DNA of 64,000 nucleotides from Macrostomum lignano (Eukaryota), in the NCBI GenBank assembly GCA_002269645.1, contig NIVC01003718.1:16852-80851 (forward strand), written 5' to 3'. Shown in pieces: positions 13,770 to 25,181 of the stretch (the first letter of the stretch is position 1; every line of letters begins with the position of its first letter). Below the pieces are notes generated by a model. It saw nothing but the letters and a program-made list of their open reading frames with translations, searched no databases and was not told where the DNA came from. The translations under genes were made by a program, and so were the position numbers.

Positions 13770-13980
13770 TCCCAGTATTTCCCAATTTCACTACTGATAT
13801 CCCAGTATTTCACAATCTCACTACTGATATCCCAGTATTTCACAATCTCACTACTGAGATCCCAGTATTTCACAATCTCACTACTGAGATCCCAGTATTT
13901 CACAATCTCACTACTGAGATCCCAGTATTTCACAATCTCACTACTGAGATCCCAGTATTTCACAATCTCACTACTGAGAA
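13770..13980. repeat. 30-bp minisatellite, ~7 copies (CCCAGTATTTCACAATCTCACTACTGAGAT)
   Basis: 10-aa periodic shadow ORFs on both strands. Confidence 0.95.
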
Positions 13981-14498
13981 TCTTCATTCCTCAAATCTCG
14001 TTCCGAAGTATTTCAATCCTCAAAATCTCGCTCTTGAGAATTGTAAACATCAAAATCCACTCCTGGAGAATATTTTTTGTTAAATCTCGTTTCTAAGAAT
14101 TGCAATCTTAAAAATATCACTCCTGAGACCCTAGCCATGTGTTCGAATCTCTAGTTAGTTCACCGCTCGGAGCTCGTTAGACACAGACTGTCCTTAGCCA
14201 ACCAACTCCCAGCCAGCATCCCAGAGTTTGAGTCGAAATTGCATCCAGCCAATACGACCGCTGCATCCCAAGGAAGGATGGGTTGACACTTGGGATAAAA
14301 CCGCGGCAATCTTCACCGAGAAGACGCTGCTTCTTCTCCTCTAAAGCCTGAAATCTTCTTGAAGACTTTCTGTTTGCAACTCTTGCAGCAAATCAATTTC
14401 AAGGTAAAAGCTTTGGTTCCTGTCATGCACTAATAGCAAGTGCATACAAAAGGTTGACTCATATACCCACCGAATTTTCAGGCAAAAACTGTCAAAGC

Positions 14499-15073
14499 AT
14501 GAAGGTCGCCGCTATGATCGCTTTCATTGCTGTAGCAGCGTTGGTCACTGTTCAGCTCACAGGTTTGTTATACACGATCGATTGTTACTCGTGTTAAAAT
14601 TGATTTGAATTTCTAAGAAACCAATCGGTTTCGTTGCATCTCAGACGCCTCCCTGGCCGAGGAGGGTCCGAACAGCCATCAGATGTTCCGCTTCAAGAAG
14701 GGATTTCACTTCTTCCGACTGCGCAAGTCTGCCGCCGCTGCCCAGGGCTGCATGATTAACGACAACGCCTTGGAAGGGATGGAGATGGTGGTTGTGAGTT
14801 AAAACTGCTTCATTTACCCTGTCAACCATTTATCAATCATAATGCAGCTTCTCGAGCGTCGTCAGAACTGTATCTATAAATCAAATTCTAAGGCTGTTTT
14901 AAAGGAACTGTCATGCCAGAGTTGTCAGACAGTAACTCTCCAGTAACTCAGTCAGTGCTAAACCGTAATCTTTCTTTTTCGTCGTTAATTTGCAGAAAGC
15001 GGCCCGTTCTGGAAAGCTGTGCAACCAGGACAAGCAGATGCTCAGGGTGTTCCTGGCCAGCTTGCTGCTGTGA
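14499..15073 (+). CDS. Secreted neuropeptide prohormone, 96 aa
   Basis: Exons 14499-14562, 14645-14793 and 14996-15073 splice in phase to MKVAAMIAFIAVAALVTVQLTDA-SLAEEGPNSHQMFRF-KK-GFHFFRL-RK-SAAAAQGCMINDNALEGMEMVVKAARSGKLCNQDKQMLRVFLASLLL*. Hydrophobic signal peptide, two dibasic sites, two Cys. Possible 5'UTR intron 14404-14481. AATAAA at 15284. Confidence 0.85.
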
Positions 15074-15494
15074 GCCGGATCCGGCGCCTACTCCTGAGGG
15101 ACCCGACTCAGTTATTAAATCATTCGGTTCTGCTGGGGTAACCATGACAGAATTGGCGCAGCCCAGCAAGACACGAATATAAAGGATTACCCTTACAATC
15201 AGTTAATACCATCTCGTGTGTCATGCTTTTAAATTGTTGACACAATTATAAACTAAACGATCATGTTTAACTAAGAGGCTTTGAATAAATCTGAAAGTCA
15301 GTAAATTTCACTAATCAGTTAATCGAGGTCGCGCGGATCCAAAAAACTGTTAATAATTGATTCAATTCCAAAAAAATCTGTTGTCTTAATATTCTTAGTT
15401 CTTTTGATAAATAGTTTGTTTTCAAAATCTATTAATTGTTAGAAAGCTTTCTATGAAAATTGTATTAATCAGACTATATTCTGAACTAAAGTTT

Positions 15495-15990
15495 AGACAG
15501 GCAGGTTCGGTGAAGACTGAAGCTTGGAAAGACAGGGTTTGTGAAGGCTGAAGCTTGGAAAGACAGACTGAAGATTTGAAAGACAGACTGAAGCTTAAAA
15601 AGACAGGATTTGTGAAGACTGAAGCTTTGAAAGACAGGATTTGTGAAGACTGAAGCTTTGAAAGACAGACTGAAGATTTGAAAGACAGACTGAAGCTTAA
15701 AAAGACAGGATTTGTGAAGACTGAAGCTTTAAAAGACAGACTGAATCTTTGAAAGACAGACTGAAGCTTAAAAAGACAGACTGAAGCTTAGAAAGACAGG
15801 ATTGGTGAAGACTGAAGCTTAGAAAGACAGGTTTGGTGAAGACTGAAGCTTAGAAAGACAGACTGAAGCTTAGAAAGACAGGATTGGTGAAGACTGAAGC
15901 TTAGAAAGACAGGTTTGGTGAAGACTGAAGCTTAGAAGGACAGACTGAAGCTTAGAAAGACAGGATTGGTGAAGACTGAAGCTTAGAAAG
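15495..15990. repeat. Mixed ~20/31-bp minisatellite (GAAGACTGAAGCTTAGAAAGACAG...)
   Basis: Recurrent gactgaagctt/gaaagacag modules. Confidence 0.85.
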
Positions 15991-16077
15991 TATTTATTTA
16001 ATTTTGAAGGCCTGTCGATATTGTTTAAACAATCTGATACTTGTTATGTCAGTCACACCCTCTTAATCTCTAATTAA

Positions 16078-17980
16078 CAGTAGGAATACCAAGCCATTTT
16101 TCCGCCCGTCGAACTACCAAGAGGGGGGGAAAAATTTCCCCCCCCCTGACAATTTTTTTTGCTGCGCCGGAACGGAGCAACGCAGGCACACGAAATTCAA
16201 GAACACGGGCTAACTTTTTGTTGCGCACCTTCTCAAACAAGAATCAAGTCGCCAGCCCTCCGGACCGTCGAGATATTCGACGATTCTTCCAGAAGGTCGG
16301 ATTTTTCCCATAAGCGCTAGTGTATTCAGTACACCCCTGTGCGCCAATTAGCACTGCGCCTCAGTGCAGCCTTGCCAAGTCTCCAAATTTCATCAGCACG
16401 TCGACCAAATGTGTCTGCATCAGCTCTGACTTCGTTGGTTACTGGCCTTCACCGAGACGGAGCTTCTAGACCTTCAACAGGTGGCACCAGGTGACTATGA
16501 ACACCTTGATGCGAATTTCTCGAGTTTCACCGATCAAGCCTCGACAGTAGGCAAGCCTCAACTGCCGGACACCCTCAGCTAGTCTCCTGAGCATTCCGTC
16601 ATCATCCCGACGCCGTCAACTCCTTCAACAGATGACACCAAGTGACTATGGACGTCCTTTTGCAACTATGTCAGGTCTTTCTTATTAAGCTTCAATAATG
16701 GGCAAACCTCAACCGACGGACATTGTCAGCTAGTCTCTCAAGCATTCCGTCATCATCCCGACGCCGTCGGCTCCTTCAACAGATGACACCAAGTGACTAT
16801 GGACACCCTGATGCGAATTTCTCTAGTTTCGCCGATCAAGCCTCGACAGTAGGCAAGCCTCAACTGCCGGACACCCTCAGCTAGTCTCCTGAGCATTCCG
16901 TCATCATCCCGACGCCGTCAACTCCTTCAACAGATGACACCAAGTGACTATGGACGTCTTTTTGCAACTATGTCAGGTCTTTCTTATTAAGCTTCAATAA
17001 TGGGCAAACCTCAACCGACGGACATTGTCAGCTAGTCTCTCGAGCATTCCGTCATCATCCCGACGCCGTCGGCTCCTTCAACAGATGACACCAAGTGACT
17101 ATGGACACCCTGATGCGAATTTCTCTAGTTTCGCCGATCAAGCCTCGACAGTTGGCAAGCCTCAACTTCTGAAAACCCTCAGCTAGTCTCTCGAGCATTC
17201 CGTCATCACACCGACACCGTCGGCACCTTCAACAGGTGGCACCAGGGGAGTAAGGACACCTGAGCGTGATTTTTCATCATGCTCTTAACATTTCTGAAGC
17301 TCTCAGATTTTTTAAGCACGAACATTGCTATAGTTAAGCTTGAACTCATGTTGCTGTATGTTTATATTATTATTACACATAATTTTATACATACGAGCTA
17401 CATAGCTACATACATATTTTATTCGAAAGATTTCCGGCCACGAATTTGTTGTGCATGTCATCAGAAAATTGAAGGATATTTGAGGATAATGAAAAACTTT
17501 GTCATTGTTCTAGGATTTCTTGCGAATGTACAGTAGTAGCTATCATGCTTTTGCGCTAATTTTCGTTTTTTTATTATAATACTAGTGGCTACCTTTACTT
17601 GATCCTTAGTTTCATTTGCGTGCCAGTAAATTCAATCGGTTTTTTTCATTTTTAAAAGCATAAACCTTTCTGCATAAAATTGGGTTCAATATTATAGTTG
17701 AATAAACTAAACAGCTTTTCGAATAAAATATGTATGTAGCTATGTAGCTCGTATGTATAAAAGTATGTGTAATAATAATATAAACATACAGCAACATGAG
17801 TTCAAGCTTAACTATAGCAATGTTCGTGCTTAAAAAATCTGAGAGCTTCAGAAATGTTAAGAGCATGATGAAAAATCACGCTCAGGTGTCCTTACTCCCA
17901 TGGTGCCACCTGTTGAAGGTGCCAACGGTGTCGGTGTGATGACGGAATGCTCGAGAGACTAGCTGAGGGTTTTCAGAAGT
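16078..17980. mobile_element. Foldback-like TTAA-flanked palindromic element, copy A (right arm runs into the gap)
   Basis: TTAA at 16074-16077, then CAGTAGGAATACCAAG. Five 151-bp units (starts 16473, 16624, 16775, 16926, 17077). Left arm ends ~17430 and the inverted arm starts ~17716. Mirror-image shadow ORFs 17279+ and 17612-. Same family as 59746-63478. Confidence 0.85.
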
Positions 17981-18827
17981 NNNNNNNNNNNNNNNNNNNN
18001 NNNNNNNNNNNNNNNNNNNNNNNNNNNNNNNNNNNNNNNNNNNNNNNNNNNNNNNNNNNNNNNNNNNNNNNNNNNNNNNNNNNNNNNNNNNNNNNNNNNN
18101 NNNNNNNNNNNNNNNNNNNNNNNNNNNNNNNNNNNNNNNNNNNNNNNNNNNNNNNNNNNNNNNNNNNNNNNNNNNNNNNNNNNNNNNNNNNNNNNNNNNN
18201 NNNNNNNNNNNNNNNNNNNNNNNNNNNNNNNNNNNNNNNNNNNNNNNNNNNNNNNNNNNNNNNNNNNNNNNNNNNNNNNNNNNNNNNNNNNNNNNNNNNN
18301 NNNNNNNNNNNNNNNNNNNNNNNNNNNNNNNNNNNNNNNNNNNNNNNNNNNNNNNNNNNNNNNNNNNNNNNNNNNNNNNNNNNNNNNNNNNNNNNNNNNN
18401 NNNNNNNNNNNNNNNNNNNNNNNNNNNNNNNNNNNNNNNNNNNNNNNNNNNNNNNNNNNNNNNNNNNNNNNNNNNNNNNNNNNNNNNNNNNNNNNNNNNN
18501 NNNNNNNNNNNNNNNNNNNNNNNNNNNNNNNNNNNNNNNNNNNNNNNNNNNNNNNNNNNNNNNNNNNNNNNNNNNNNNNNNNNNNNNNNNNNNNNNNNNN
18601 NNNNNNNNNNNNNNNNNNNNNNNNNNNNNNNNNNNNNNNNNNNNNNNNNNNNNNNNNNNNNNNNNNNNNNNNNNNNNNNNNNNNNNNNNNNNNNNNNNNN
18701 NNNNNNNNNNNNNNNNNNNNNNNNNNNNNNNNNNNNNNNNNNNNNNNNNNNNNNNNNNNNNNNNNNNNNNNNNNNNNNNNNNNNNNNNNNNNNNNNNNNN
18801 NNNNNNNNNNNNNNNNNNNNNNNNNNN
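17981..18827. other. Assembly gap (847 N)
   Basis: Run of n. Confidence 1.
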
Positions 18828-19288
18828 TTGGCTAGGGTTTGGCTAGGGTTTGGTTAGGGTTTGGCTAGGGTTTGCTAGGGTTTGGTTAGGTTTGGTTAGG
18901 GTTTGGTTAGGGTTTGGATAGGTTTCGGTTAGGGTTTGGTTAGGGTTCGGTTAGGTTTTGGTTAGGGTTCGGTTAGGGTTTGGTTAGGGTTTGGTTAGGG
19001 TTTGGTTAGGGTTTGGTTAGGGTTTGGTTAGGATTTGGTTAGGATTTAGTTAGAGTTTGGTTAGGGTTTGGTTAGGGTTCGGTTAGGGTTTGGTTAGGGT
19101 TTGGTTAGGGTTTGGTTAGGGTTAGGGTTAAGGTTTGGTTAGGGTTTGGTTAGGGTTTGGTTAGGGTTTGGTTAGGGTTTTGTTAGGATTTGGTTAGGAT
19201 TTAGTTAGAGTTTGGTTAGGGTTTGGTTAGGGTTTGGTTAGGGTTTTGTTAGGGTTTGGTTAGGGTTTGGTTAGGGTTTGGTTAGGGT
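18828..19288 (+). repeat. Telomere-like 11-bp array (TTAGGGTTTGG)n, ~40 units
   Basis: Read directly. Contains TTAGGG in most units, with degenerate variants. Confidence 0.95.
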
Positions 19289-20019
19289 CAAACTGGGCCA
19301 GTTAACAGCCGGAGACTCTATAGTTTTTTACTATTAAAGACCCCTTCAGCTTAGTTTTGAAAGAAATACTTTTTTATATTAATGAATTTTTTTCAAATTT
19401 ATTGATGAAAAACTGCAATGCAGGCAAAATAAGAATATTCATATTTTTTCTGGCAAATTTATGGCCTAAAATTTATTATCCTCACTGGGTAAGGTAATAT
19501 GATTATAACTCATGACAGACGATTCGCCACTATGAAATATGCTCATATCTAAGCTCTAGTTAGTTTTTCTTTTTGCATAAAAGACATGCACGGCGATCCA
19601 ACATTAGCCTAATAATTGCTTGACCAAATTCAATGAAGTCCTGAGTTGAACTCAAGCTTGTTTGCGAATGTGCTTTTCAAGGAAAAACAGAGAGGGTTAT
19701 TATAATAGCTGGCTAATCGAAATTCAGCAGGTAAAAACGGATTAAGAGAAATTTTTATTTTTAGATGAATTGTCGGCTAATGCATTTCGCTTCCGTACCT
19801 GACAGAACCAAAAGGACTGTAGACCTCTGCTGGTGCTAATGCACTCCCATGAGAGCCAGTTATTTGCACGGGTAGTGCCATGCATTACAGCTGCAAGGAA
19901 AATACGACAGGGTCAAAATAAGACTTTGAACAGTTAGAAGAAAGGTTTGGGGACTTCTGCGTGTCTTCTAAGGGAAGTTGCCAGGATTTTTGAGGGGTAC
20001 CAGGCCGGGCTTTTGCACC

Positions 20020-20520
20020 AGAGGCTTCAGCACCAGGGCGCCAGCACCAGGGGTGCCAGCACCAGGGGCGCCAGCACCAGGGGCGCCAGCACCAGGGGCG
20101 CCAGCACCAGGGGCGCCAGCACCAGGGGCGCCAGCACCAGGGGCGCCAGCACCAGGGGCGCCAGCACCAGGGGCGCCAGCACCAGGGGCGCCAGCACCAG
20201 AGGCGCCAGCACCAGGGCGCTAGCACCAGGGGCTCCAGCAACAGGGGCACCAGCAACAGGGGCGCCAGCAACAGGCCGTTTAGCATTATGGCCGGGGGCT
20301 TTAGCACCCAGAGGCTTTAGGTTTAGCACGTAGAGGCTTTAGGTTTAGCACCCAGAGGCTTTAGTTTTAGCACCCAGAGATTTTAGGTTTAGCACCATAG
20401 GGGGCTTTTGGGTAGCACTAGGGGCTTTGGGTTTAGCACCAGGGGCTTTGGGTTTAGCACTAGGGGCTTTGGGTTTAACACCAGGGGCTTTAGCACCTGC
20501 AGCTAGGGGGCGCCAGCACC
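20020..20520. repeat. GC-rich 15-bp (GGGGCGCCAGCACCA) and related ~21-bp repeats
   Basis: 5-aa periodic shadow ORFs on both strands. Confidence 0.9.
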
Positions 20521-21472
20521 AGGGGCTGAGCCCAGCTTTTCTCCAATCGGCAAGCAATAAAAGTTTAGATTTAAATTGCACCCTTTGCAGCAGCTTTTGA
20601 CACTCAATCAATAACGCAGCTGGTGATGCATGGTGGCGTTTTTAAATAAAAGGGTGCCTTTCAATTAATGTTATGCTCTCCAGTACTTCCTTGTACACGT
20701 ATAATTAGAGGATCTAGCTCGATCTTCTCTCCCAAGAAAACTAGTTTTATTTACCAACTGGATGATATTCGAGACCTAAAATATAAACTGCAGTATTCTG
20801 AATGAATTTACATGTAAAATTAAAGGTAATACTGTGCTGTGCTATTTTATATTCCTTTCTTGGGTTGGTTCCTCTAGCTTGAAATTTGATATTCAGACAG
20901 AACACTTAATTCACCCGCATGATGGAACTTAATTTCCTACAACTGAGTAATGGTATAGTCCATGATCTTTTCATCGGTATTTAAAGCGCCGTGTTGAATT
21001 ATAAAAGTTTAAAGTAGATTCTTAAACTTCCAGCTTTTGAAAAATTAGTAGTTTTATCAGGCTTGGAAGTCTAAACTTTGTGAAGCTATTAGTAGGAGCT
21101 ACATGTACATTTAAATACGACACATAGAAATTTACATCTATGATCTATATGATTCCACATCGCTCGCAATTGATAAAATTTTGAGCTTATACTGTCTCAT
21201 ATATTTAATGAAAAAGCTAACTCTAGTTTGTTCTATTTTAATTTCTACGCAAGTATGCACTTTTGTTAAAGTGAGTCTTAAGGAGCAAAATTAAATGGGT
21301 AAAGTTCCTTCGAAACAATGTAAATAGTATTTTTAGACTTCACTGATTTCACTCTACTCTACTCCATTTCATCCATCACAGTTAATCGATATGAAACTGT
21401 CGATATAGTAAGCGGTTATCCATATGATATCTAAAAGTATTTGACGATGTATTATTAGCACAATCATTCCCG

Positions 21473-24413
21473 ATCTACCAATAATAGATATGGTGGCCAA
21501 TACAGTTAGTGTAAGAGAGACCAAGATGGCCACAACATTGAATCTCTATTATATATATTTGGTATTTGATTTCTCTCTACCAATAATTAGCAACTTAATA
21601 GCTATTGTTACAATAATTATTATGCTTATTCAATCATATTCATAAATGCTATCTTACTAAAACAATAATATTAGATTTGAAACTAATTACCTATAACATA
21701 ATACAAAAACTTTATTCTTTTTCTGTTTGTGCCAATTTATTTCCTATCATTACATCTATAAAATCTATCACTATCAGTTTATCAAGAAACCATTGCTAGT
21801 GCCTAGTGGTAACAGTATACAAAAATTGGGATAAATATGCAACAAGGCTACTTGCTTTATTTAGTATTATATATCTATATAGGTCAGGCTACAATAAAAT
21901 CTAAAGCCAAATGGAATGGTTATAATGTAAACTACCCACTCTAATTAATCCTATTACTAATAGGAGATAAGTGAAATATATAGATCTAATTATTTATTTT
22001 TATATTTAGAGCTATGGCCCTACACTCTGGATCATGTAATATATGCCCGAAAATTTAGACCTGCATTGGCCTTGCATGCCAAAAGTAGGCATGCACAGTT
22101 GGCATTCATCACTGCTAAGAAAATAAACCTGGCATGCACTTTATTGAATCACACAGAAGAGTTATTGTAAAGAAGAAAAAGGTGAAAAAAGTTTATTTTA
22201 AGCATAAATTTCACACTTTCTGGGTTTTAAGCTTGTAAAAAGGCATTTAAACAAAGTTTTGTGCATATCATTTTTCCACTATAAATAGTGTCGCCTAAAA
22301 AGCAGAAAATTAACCAAATTACAGGTCTGTTATGCAATGAAAAAAGGTCATTTATTGTTGCAACATTGGTGGAGTTTTAAGAATAGGTATACACTCAATA
22401 TTTTTGGCATGCATTCATTTGTAACTATTGATTTTTGTTTAGGTATGCACCCAGCATGATCCAGACTATGGCTATGGCCATCTTGGTATATGGCCATCTT
22501 GTTCATGTGCCATAAATACAATATACTTATATACAAGTTATATTATACTGCTAGCTAATACTAGTGCTAGCAGTAGCAATATTAGTGCTAATGCTTAGTT
22601 TAGATTCTAAATTGGAAATAGGCCTATCTTGCATTATTACTACTTATTAAGTTCTAAACTTAGGTCCATGGTAATATAAAAGCCAATCCCTACCCCAAAG
22701 GCTAAGCCAAAGCAAGGCATTAAGAATATCATATATTAATACAATTATGAATTATGAAAATTTAAGTCTAGGCTACTAGCTATATACATATATCAGTGTT
22801 AATGATCATATTATTTATATAGTTTGGATCATATAATGCTTTTAAGCTAAAAGAAAATTTAGCTTTTCTTGTAAACATCATTATGACTTATTTTTCCCAT
22901 TTATCTATTGTTGTTATACTAAAGAAATATTCAAATAGGCATATTCAAAGTTTATATCAACTCTAGGCTCAAGTCCTAAAAAGCACTATAATTAGCTTGC
23001 TAGGCTTCATTCCTTAGAACACTTAATTGTAAGCCTTGTAGCCTTGACTAGCCTTGTTAAACTAAGGCTAGGGCCTAATATAATTAATTTAATATATGAT
23101 CTAGACTAGATATAAACTAGGCTTATGCCAACTAGCTAGGCCAAAAACTATTTAGAAGTAGGACATATTAAATCTTTTAAAATATTTAATATTTCAGTTT
23201 TTAGACAATTTTTTATAATATAAGATATAATTGAAATTTTGATATTTTAGTCTTTATTCATTTTGTAAGAGACCCTACTCCTGAATCAATGATGGTTATA
23301 GGGGGGAGGTGCAGAGGGTGCCCTCCCATAGAGTTAAATTTAAAAAAAAATTAGATGGAAAATACCCTAGTATACATATACATAATATACATATATATTT
23401 ACCTTAATAATCTATGCCCCTATTCAAAATTTTCTATAATTTAACCTATCCCAAATCTTATATATTTGCCAGAATTTCAGTATTTCAGTTTAGATGTGAA
23501 AAAATAGTTGGCATGCCATAAAGTATCTAGCATATGGAATAATCTGCCAGAAAATTGTGCCATAGAGCCAGTATATAGCATAGCTATATAGTGTATAGGC
23601 CTAGCTTGTGGTGGATTTAGGAAGGGGGCAAGAGAGTGGCTGCCTTCTCTCTTGTGGCTAGCAATGATAGTGCCCCCTTTTCCTTTGCCCATAAAAAGCT
23701 CCTCACCACCCTTAGTTTGCTTAGTATAGTACCCTTCTAGTTTATTATGGGGCTATAATATTCTAATGTATATTATAGTGACCTTACTCAGTAAAAATAT
23801 GCCTCCCATTTTTTATTTCCAAATCTGCCTCTATTATTAAACACTTTCTTAGTATAGACCTAGGACCTTTCAATAGAAAAGTATAATCATTATGACTATT
23901 GCATTCACAATATACTAAATCTTCAATATAATTATACTAAATTACTAAAAAGATATGAGAATGATTTTTTGTTTTTAAAAATCAAACTTAAATAAAGTAA
24001 GTTCTTAATTTATGATGCACAATTTATTGAACTGTTTTAAGTTTAAGAGTAAGAGAAAGCATAATGGAATTATTTAAATAGTAATTATAAACTAATGAAA
24101 ACTATAAGACATATGCTAGATATTTTAGTATAAAATTTCCATTCTTTTTATCAATACTCAGTTAATATATCTAATAAAATCTCAATATTGCTTCTAGTCA
24201 GACTTGTAATATGTTGAAATTTATTGGTTTTAAGATTTTCTAGATCAAACTTCAAAAAATATTATCAATGCTATTTTAATGTTATGTCAAATTAGACTAA
24301 CAATCTCACTTTTGTTTTTCATGATAAAATTGCATAAAATGATCATCATAAATGCTAATATTGTTTATATGATGTTTTCTTCAATTGTTGCATTGACCTC
24401 TGGTGAAACACTT
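21473..24413. other. AT-rich block almost devoid of CpG (decayed DNA)
   Basis: Manual scan found only two CG dinucleotides (22048, 22292) in ~2.9 kb, while GC, TG, CA and TA are common. Confidence 0.8.
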
Positions 24414-24719
24414 CGTCTCACTATTGTAAGTTTAAATTTGCAAATTTAGTCTTTACACTTGTGCACTGTGAATCTTGTTGTATAATGTTCTGTTAATATT
24501 TCAGTTTCATATTTTGTTAGTGATTATTAGTTTGTTTTTTTTAAATATTTTATGAAATTATGAGTGTCCCATCTGTAGACAGCCACTATTATCTAGCTTT
24601 TGCTCAAATTCATGTCCACCAAAATTTACAAACCTAGTTTTGCTTCTCGTACACTAAAGTACCCAAGAAAAGATCCTAAAGGAAGATGTCATTCAATATT
24701 TTTTCTACCTGAAGATACC

Positions 24720-25025
24720 GCCTACCTCTACCTGAAGGTGTCCCTGAAGATATCCCCTACCTGAAGATATCCCCTACCTGAAGATATCCCCTACCTGAAG
24801 ATATCCCCTACCTGAAGATATCCCCTTTCTAAAGATATCCCCTTTCTGAAGATGTCCCCTACCTGAAAATATCCCCTACCTGAAAATATCCCCTGCCTGA
24901 AGATATCCCCTACCTAAAGATGTCCCCTACCTGAAGATATCCCCTACCTGAAGATATCCCTACCTGAAGATGTCCCCTTCCTGAAGATGTCCCTTTCTGA
25001 AGATATCACTTACCTGGGGATGTCC
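24720..25025. repeat. 17-bp minisatellite (CTGAAGATATCCCCTAC)
   Basis: ctgaag at 24744, 24761 and 24778. Confidence 0.9.
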
Positions 25026-25181
25026 CTAAAGACCTTCCGCTAAAAGCAAAGGCTGATGTGCACTCTGAAAACTCTGTCATTTTCAGTCCCCTATATATAC
25101 CCACCCTCCTACTAAAATGCTGTAATGATTACTCGCATTTTAACTGATTTCAAATTGGCGCCCAAAATTTGCATTGGTCAG

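Noticed and set aside
16473-17240. Regular repeats as a CRISPR-like array (also the 151-bp units at 60.1-63.1 kb)
   Set aside because: Whole units are repeated with no unique spacers, there are no cas genes, and the context is eukaryotic.
17947-18846. 299-aa ORF
   Set aside because: Consists of Ns from the assembly gap.
19885-20611. Collagen- or elastin-like GAP/GAGAP/GAKPKAP repeats
   Set aside because: 15/21-bp GC-rich repeats readable on both strands; no signal peptide, splice sites or continuous frame found.
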